The notes beneath the pieces were generated by a model. That model did no database searches. It had not been told where the DNA came from and worked only from the letters and a program-made list of their open reading frames with translations. Positions 34,003 to 39,001 of a DNA stretch of 39,001 nt are shown piece after piece (position 1 is the stretch's first letter; every line of letters starts with the position of its first letter). The stretch is from Hyphomicrobiales bacterium (GTDB lineage: Bacteria > Pseudomonadota > Alphaproteobacteria > Rhizobiales > Aestuariivirgaceae): contig JBJMRA010000067.1 of NCBI GenBank assembly GCA_045802365.1, positions 1-39,001 on the forward strand. Reading direction: 5' to 3'. A program made the position numbers and the translations under genes.

Positions 34003-36405
34003 CTATTCGCCGTAGGGCACCCAGATATTCTTCACCTGAGTCGCTCGGCGGAGATAGTCGCGGCCCTGGCCCTGGCCGGCGTCGAGCCAGTCGATCGCGC
34101 AGCCGTAATCGACCCAGGTCGCTTTGAGATTGCCTGCCGAGGCGCGCTCGATTTCGGCGCTCCCCTCTTTCGTTCCGAAATACCAAAGTGCCTCGAGATC
34201 GTCGTGCTCGGCGATGATGCGCGCCAGCGTCTCGCGATCTCCCGTGACGATGTTGACGACCCCATCTGGAACGTCGCTCGTCTCGAGCACCTGATAGAAA
34301 TCGGTGGCGAGAAGAGGATGGACCGGCGAGGGCGTGACGACCACGCGGTTGCCCATCGCGATCCCCGGCGCGACGAGCGAAACAAAGGCGAGCAGCGGAA
34401 ATTCATCCGGACAGCAGAGGCCCATGACTCCCCACGGCTCGTTCATGGCGAGCGTGACGTGGCGCGCAACGGTCGAATGGACTTGGCCATCGTATTTGTC
34501 CGCCTGTGCCGCATAGAAGATGAGCCTACTGATCGAGAGACGCACCTCCGCCGCCGCGAGCTCGTCCGGCGCTCCGGTGAGCATGGCGATGCGGTCGGCG
34601 AACTCCTCGGCGCGGGCTTCGAGGTTTTCCGCGAGATAATAGAGGACCTGTGCCCGCGCGTGGCCGCTCAGCGCGCTCCAGCCGGCCGCCTTTCGGGCGG
34701 CTTCGACGGCGTCGCGGATATCCTTGCGATTCCCAAGCGCGGCTTGGCCGGCAGGCTCGCCGGACTGCGCATAGACTGTGTAGTTGTAGCCCGAGTCCGG
34801 CCGGGCCTGCTTGCCGCCGATGTAGTGTTTGGCGGTGCGGTCGAGGCGAGGACCGCCGGATACGGAGGCTGCAGGCACGGGATGCGTCGAGAAGTCGGCG
34901 TTCGCGCCCTCGCTCTGAGGCTTCCGCTCCCGTTTCTGCCAGGCGGGAACGAGATACTCGTACAGTCCTTCGCGCCCGCCCTCGCGTCCGAACCCGCTCT
35001 CGCGATAACCGCCGAAGCCCGATGCAGCATCGAACAAATTGGTGGCGTTGATCCAGACGACCCCCGCCTTGAGCCGGGCGGCCGCATCGAGCGTCACGCC
35101 GATCGTCTCTGACCACACAGAGGCCGAAAGCCCGTAACGCGTATTGTTGGCGAGCGCCACCGCCTCTTCCGCGGTCCGGAACGTCATGCCGACCAAGACC
35201 GGCCCGAAAATCTCCTCCTGGGCAACGACGGAGGCGGGCGATGCGCCGGTGAGGAGAGTGGGGGCGAAGAAGAACCCCTTGCTCGGCAGTTTCGCAGAGG
35301 GCTGCCAGCACACCGCTCCGCTGCTCACGCCTTGTTCCACGAGGTCGCGAATGCGCTCGAGCTGCACGTCCGCCACGATGGCGCCAATGTCGGTCGTCTT
35401 GTCGAGGGGATCGCCGACCCGGAGTGTCTCCATCCGGCGCCTGAGCTTCGCGTAGAAGCGCTCGGCGATCGCTTCCTGGACCAGGAGCCGGGATCCCGCG
35501 CAGCAGACCTGGCCCTGGTTGAACCAGATCGCATCGACGACGCCTTCGACGGCGCCGTCGAGATCGGCATCATCGAAGACGATGAATGGCGACTTGCCGC
35601 CGAGCTCCAGCGAAAGCTTCTTGCCGGACCCGGCCGTTGCCCGCCGGATGATCCGTCCCACTTCGGTCGAACCGGTAAAGGCGATTTTGTCGATGCCGCT
35701 GTGCACGGTGATGAGGGCGCCCGTATCGCCATCGCCGGTCACGATGTTGACCACCCCGGATGGCAGGCTCGCCTCGCGGCAGAGCTCGGCGAAGGCGAGC
35801 GCCGTCAAGGGAGTGTACTCGGCGGGCTTGAGCACGACGGTGTTTCCTGCCGCGAGCGCCGGCGCCACTTTCCAAGCAAGCATCAGCAGCGGAAAATTCC
35901 ACGGGATGATCTGCCCGCAGACGCCCACCGGCCGATAGCCATGACATTCGCTCTCGATGAGCGCCGCCCAGCCCGCATGGTGATAGAAATGCCGAATGAC
36001 GAGCGGGATATCGATGTCGCGGCTCTCGCGAATGGGCTTGCCGTTGTCCATCGTCTCGAGCACGGCGAAGAAGCGCTGCCGCTTTTGGAGAAGCCTCGCC
36101 AGTGCGTAGAGATAGCGCGCCCGCGTTTCCCCCGAGAGCGCCGACCATGCCGGGAAGGCCTCCCGCGCCGCGGCCACGGCGGCGTCCACATCGGCGGCGC
36201 CGCCTTGGGCCACAGACGCGAGAAAGTCGCCGGATGCGGGGTTCAAAACCTCGAAGCGGAGCCCGTCGCGAGGCGGCACGAAATCGCCGCCGATGAAGTG
36301 GCCCAATCCTTTTTCATGGCGACGGAGCCACGCGAGCACGTGGTCGTCCGCCTCGGGTGCGGGCCCATACTCCATGGTTTCGAGAATGTCGCTGACGAGG
36401 GCCAT
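34003..36405 (-). CDS. two-module aldehyde dehydrogenase: complete NAD(P)-dependent ALDH (aa 1-488) fused to a truncated, apparently non-catalytic ALDH-like module (aa 521-800)
   Basis: Module 1 carries IIPWNFPLLM, VVLKPAEYTPL, FTGSTEVGR, catalytic Glu in LELGGKSP, catalytic Cys in NQGQVCCAGSR, and EEIFGPV. Module 2 repeats only the N-terminal/NAD-binding half (EPWGVMGLCCPDEFPLL, VVVTPSPVHPL, VVNIVTGD) and ends before any Cys-loop equivalent. Confidence 0.9.
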   Translation of the reverse strand: MALVSDILETMEYGPAPEADDHVLAWLRRHEKGLGHFIGGDFVPPRDGLRFEVLNPASGDFLASVAQGGAADVDAAVAAAREAFPAWSALSGETRARYLYALARLLQKRQRFFAVLETMDNGKPIRESRDIDIPLVIRHFYHHAGWAALIESECHGYRPVGVCGQIIPWNFPLLMLAWKVAPALAAGNTVVLKPAEYTPLTALAFAELCREASLPSGVVNIVTGDGDTGALITVHSGIDKIAFTGSTEVGRIIRRATAGSGKKLSLELGGKSPFIVFDDADLDGAVEGVVDAIWFNQGQVCCAGSRLLVQEAIAERFYAKLRRRMETLRVGDPLDKTTDIGAIVADVQLERIRDLVEQGVSSGAVCWQPSAKLPSKGFFFAPTLLTGASPASVVAQEEIFGPVLVGMTFRTAEEAVALANNTRYGLSASVWSETIGVTLDAAARLKAGVVWINATNLFDAASGFGGYRESGFGREGGREGLYEYLVPAWQKRERKPQSEGANADFSTHPVPAASVSGGPRLDRTAKHYIGGKQARPDSGYNYTVYAQSGEPAGQAALGNRKDIRDAVEAARKAAGWSALSGHARAQVLYYLAENLEARAEEFADRIAMLTGAPDELAAAEVRLSISRLIFYAAQADKYDGQVHSTVARHVTLAMNEPWGVMGLCCPDEFPLLAFVSLVAPGIAMGNRVVVTPSPVHPLLATDFYQVLETSDVPDGVVNIVTGDRETLARIIAEHDDLEALWYFGTKEGSAEIERASAGNLKATWVDYGCAIDWLDAGQGQGRDYLRRATQVKNIWVPYGE

Positions 36406-36414
36406 TTTTTCTCC

Positions 36415-37428
36415 TCAGGCCATCGGGTGGCGGGACTCCGACGCGTACCGTCCGGTGACATGGTGCTCGATCTGGCGCGCTATGTCGGATACGAGAGAGC
36501 TCGCCCCGAGCCGGAAAAGCTCTAGCGTCAGCCAATCGTTGCCGAGCTCCTCCTTCATCAGGATGAGCCAGGCGAGCGCATCCTTGGCGGTTCTCAGTCC
36601 CCCCGCCGGCTTGAAGCCGATGCGATGACCGGTATGGGACTGATAGTCGCGGATCGCTCTCGTCATCACAAGACTTACGGGAAGCGTGGCATTGACGTCT
36701 TCCTTGCCGGTCGAGGTTTTGATGAAATCGGCGCCGGCCATCATGGCCACCATGCTCGCCTTATAGACATTGCGAAGCGTCTTGAGGTCGCCGGTGCCCA
36801 GGATCACCTTCAGATGCGCTTCGCCGCAGGCCTCCCGCATTGCGCTCACTTCGTCGTAGAGCGCTTGCCAGTCCTGGGCAAGAACATGCGCGCGGGTAAT
36901 GACGACATCGATTTCGGCCGCTCCTTCGCTGAGCGCGTACAGTATCTCTTGGAGCCTCAGATTGAGCGGCGAGAGCCCGGCCGGGAAGCCGGTCGCGACT
37001 GATGCGACCGGGATCCGCGAGCCGGCGAGCGACTTTACGGCGGGGCGCACCATCGTCGGATAGACGCAGACAGCGGCGACGCGCGGCATCTCCTTGAGCC
37101 CCAGCGCCTCCACGAGATCATGGCGGAGAGGCATGCGCGCCTTGGCGCAGAGGCGTTCGACGCGATGTGGGGTATCGTCCCCGGCAAGTGTTGTGAGGTC
37201 GGTCAAGGTGATCGCCTTCACGAGCCACGCCGCCTGCCATTCCTTCTTGACCGTCCGGCGCGCCGTCATCGTCTGGGCTCGCCTCTCGGTAGCGTTCAGG
37301 TTGACGCGCGCTCCCTCGATCCAGCCCTTTTCGAGGGCCGTGCCGGGATTTCTCGCTTGGCGTTCGGGTTCTTCAGCACCGGCTTGAACCCGCTGCGGAC
37401 GGATCGAGAAGACAGCATCGGCGGACAT
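36415..37428 (-). CDS. deoC: deoxyribose-phosphate aldolase, long (about 320-340 aa) type
   Basis: 337-aa ORF: AAVCVYPTMV, ASVATGFPAG, EIDVVI, Schiff-base Lys context GADFIKTSTGK, and GFKPAGGLRT. Confidence 0.9.
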   Translation of the reverse strand: MSADAVFSIRPQRVQAGAEEPERQARNPGTALEKGWIEGARVNLNATERRAQTMTARRTVKKEWQAAWLVKAITLTDLTTLAGDDTPHRVERLCAKARMPLRHDLVEALGLKEMPRVAAVCVYPTMVRPAVKSLAGSRIPVASVATGFPAGLSPLNLRLQEILYALSEGAAEIDVVITRAHVLAQDWQALYDEVSAMREACGEAHLKVILGTGDLKTLRNVYKASMVAMMAGADFIKTSTGKEDVNATLPVSLVMTRAIRDYQSHTGHRIGFKPAGGLRTAKDALAWLILMKEELGNDWLTLELFRLGASSLVSDIARQIEHHVTGRYASESRHPMA

Positions 37429-37548
37429 GCGGGGCTCCGTGGTTTCTTGCCACTATAGCTGCGGGCGCGGCGAACAGAAGTGCTGCGGCCGATGGAACGA
37501 CGCGCATCGCCGGCCATTGAATTTGAAACACGAAAAAGGGAGAGCGAC

Positions 37549-37959
37549 ATGGCTGCGCCGTACCGGTTGCCCAAGACCCTCCTGGGCGTGAGGGTTCCGA
37601 AGAAGCTGCGGAAATCGAAATTGATCGATTGGCTCCTGAACGACCCGCTCGGCCGCAATCTGATGGCCGACGCCTTGGTCGCCGCCGCCGGGGCCGTTGC
37701 GGCGGCGCTGACCCGCAATCCTCCCAAGCCTGTCAAGCGAGGGGTGCAGAAGGCGGCGGAGGCCGGCCGCGACCTCACCCATGGTGCGGGCGACCAGCTC
37801 GTGTCGGCGGCGGAGGTTTTCGGGTCGGCGCTGACCGGCGCCGCTGGTCACCTCTTCCCGGAACAAGACAGCGTCAATGCCAAGCGCAAGAACAAGGAGA
37901 AGAAGGGACGGAACGAGACGAAGGGAAGAGGCGAGGGCGCTCACTTCAGCCGGCACTGA
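37549..37959 (+). CDS. small basic hypothetical protein (136 aa), divergent from the deoC operon
   Basis: The ATG at 37549 is preceded by AAGGGAGAG. Ala/Gly-rich centre and Lys-rich tail (NAKRKNKEKKGRNETKGRGEG). I recognise no family. Confidence 0.45.
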   Translation: MAAPYRLPKTLLGVRVPKKLRKSKLIDWLLNDPLGRNLMADALVAAAGAVAAALTRNPPKPVKRGVQKAAEAGRDLTHGAGDQLVSAAEVFGSALTGAAGHLFPEQDSVNAKRKNKEKKGRNETKGRGEGAHFSRH

Positions 37960-38040
37960 TCATCCGCCGCAAAGCTCGGTCCTGAGTAGGTTCCGAGCGT
38001 CAGGGGGACGCTTCGCGTGCTCGTTCCTGCGGGCCTTCTC

Positions 38041-39001
38041 TCAGGAGCCTGGAGGATTGTCGGCGCGAACCCTCTTCCTTATCCGCGCTCGCCGCGACCG
38101 GAGCCGCCCAGCTACGTCAAAAACGTCCACCAGTAGACGGTAATGCTCTTCACTCTCGGTTGACCAGATATCGCGGGGCGAATCGGTCAAGGCGGGAAAG
38201 GGCGAGCCCGTATAGCGAGCCGAAATTTTGCGGTTCGAGTCCGCGAAATGCTCCATGATCGCGACACGTTGCGAGTAGGTGAGGAAATCCCCCGTGCGGG
38301 CATAATCCAAATTCCGCTGCCGTAACTTTTCGAAGAGCCCCTTTGCGCCCGAAGAATCGAGTTTATGAAGCGCTCGCAAAACCGGGAGCAATTCAGCTCG
38401 GGGGGAGCTATTCGTTCGAGGGGGTCTGATCAGGCTCGAATCAGGCTCCAAACCTAAGGTGCGAACGACGTCGTCGACGATATTGATCGACCCTTCTGCC
38501 GTGTCGTAATGTCTAACCACAAGACGATCGTGTCCGAACGATTTGTCCCATTTCTCCAGGACGGCCAGATAGTCTCCAGCCTTTGTCCGCTTGCCGACGA
38601 ACTCGTCGAAACTCATCCAACCGCCAAGTTTGATGTGGTGCTTGTAGAGCGACTCGAAGAAGTTGTCCTGGCGGCGCAAATAGGCAAGAATCTTTATTGA
38701 CCCGATGCCTTCGCAGCATTGCCGAACCGCACGAGGATCCCCCTTCCAGAAGGCTTCGCAGCTGATGACATGGATCACATCGGGAGCCGCACAGACCTCT
38801 TCCCGCAATTTCGTCCATAGATCGGAGGAAGGTCCCTGGGAAACGGAACGAGCCAAGTCGTAATGGGCGAAGTCAGACTCCCGAAGTCCGGTTTCGACGT
38901 AGTGAACGCCTCGGGAACGGAGCGCGTTCCGATTGCTCATGAAGAATCGTTGGATCGCGCTCGTTCCGGTCTTGTGCGTGCCAATATGGATGAACAGCAA
39001 C
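38041..39001 (-). CDS. sulfotransferase-fold protein (N-terminus at or just beyond the right edge of the window)
   Basis: LFIHIGTHKTGTSAIQ matches the PAPS 5'-phosphosulfate-binding loop, and ILAYLRRQDNFFESLY matches the 3'-phosphate-binding Arg...Ser motif. GC content is noticeably lower than in the neighbouring genes. Confidence 0.6.
   Translation of the reverse strand, partial: LLFIHIGTHKTGTSAIQRFFMSNRNALRSRGVHYVETGLRESDFAHYDLARSVSQGPSSDLWTKLREEVCAAPDVIHVISCEAFWKGDPRAVRQCCEGIGSIKILAYLRRQDNFFESLYKHHIKLGGWMSFDEFVGKRTKAGDYLAVLEKWDKSFGHDRLVVRHYDTAEGSINIVDDVVRTLGLEPDSSLIRPPRTNSSPRAELLPVLRALHKLDSSGAKGLFEKLRQRNLDYARTGDFLTYSQRVAIMEHFADSNRKISARYTGSPFPALTDSPRDIWSTESEEHYRLLVDVFDVAGRLRSRRARIRKRVRADNPPGS

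Noticed and set aside
30675-36525. Several 370-420-aa plus-strand ORFs (30675-31799, 31860-33080, 33847-35112, 35332-36525) opposite the GH94, ALDH and deoC genes
   Set aside because: These are shadow frames opposite strongly supported minus-strand genes. They have no motifs, and one begins inside a REP element (MCFEARLRRAPQHEG...).
1-39001. Search for CRISPR arrays, tRNA/rRNA genes, transposases/integrases, and toxin-antitoxin or known defence modules
   Set aside because: I saw no regularly spaced direct repeats, no cloverleaf-capable or rRNA-like stretches in the few non-coding gaps, and no ORFs with recombinase, nuclease/helicase defence or TA signatures. The only repeats are the REP-like palindromes listed above.

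Overview
High-GC alphaproteobacterial (Hyphomicrobiales/Rhizobiales-like) chromosomal segment, almost fully coding. My hand counts on single 60-nt lines give about 63-68% GC in housekeeping genes. There are three core blocks. (1) lnt, an XRE/HTH regulator, metK, trmB and a HAD hydrolase (9.1-13.9 kb). (2) A SorC-type regulator plus a smoEFGK-like polyol ABC uptake operon with two short-chain polyol dehydrogenases (13.9-20.6 kb). (3) The translation/RNA-processing supercluster rimP-nusA-ylxR-infB-rbfA-(DUF606 membrane protein)-truB-rpsO-pnp (20.7-30.6 kb). Both flanks look accessory. The left 9 kb holds a truncated SAM methyltransferase, a lower-GC 707-aa multicopper oxidase, an EamA transporter, an orphan ATP-grasp-like protein behind a small Thr/Lys/Asp/Glu-rich ORF, a SIMPL/BP26 protein, a macro-domain deacetylase, an agmatinase-family ureohydrolase and a maleate-isomerase-like protein. 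The right 8 kb holds a tightly packed minus-strand operon (long-type deoC, two-module aldehyde dehydrogenase, ~1,080-aa GH94-like phosphorylase), a small basic ORF, and a lower-GC sulfotransferase-fold gene cut by the window edge. I saw no rRNA, tRNA, CRISPR array, transposase/integrase or recognisable defence or toxin-antitoxin genes. Two families of REP-like palindromic repeats occupy several intergenic spacers. The observations most worth a second look are: a promoter + ~65-nt leader + intrinsic terminator directly in front of rimP-nusA (candidate NusA-sensing attenuator or sRNA); the deoC-ALDH-GH94 operon; the small ORF/ATP-grasp pair with RiPP-like architecture; and a truB gene with no canonical start codon where the conserved N-terminus begins. 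None of these is a demonstrated novel system. All functional calls rest on motif recognition by eye, with no database search.
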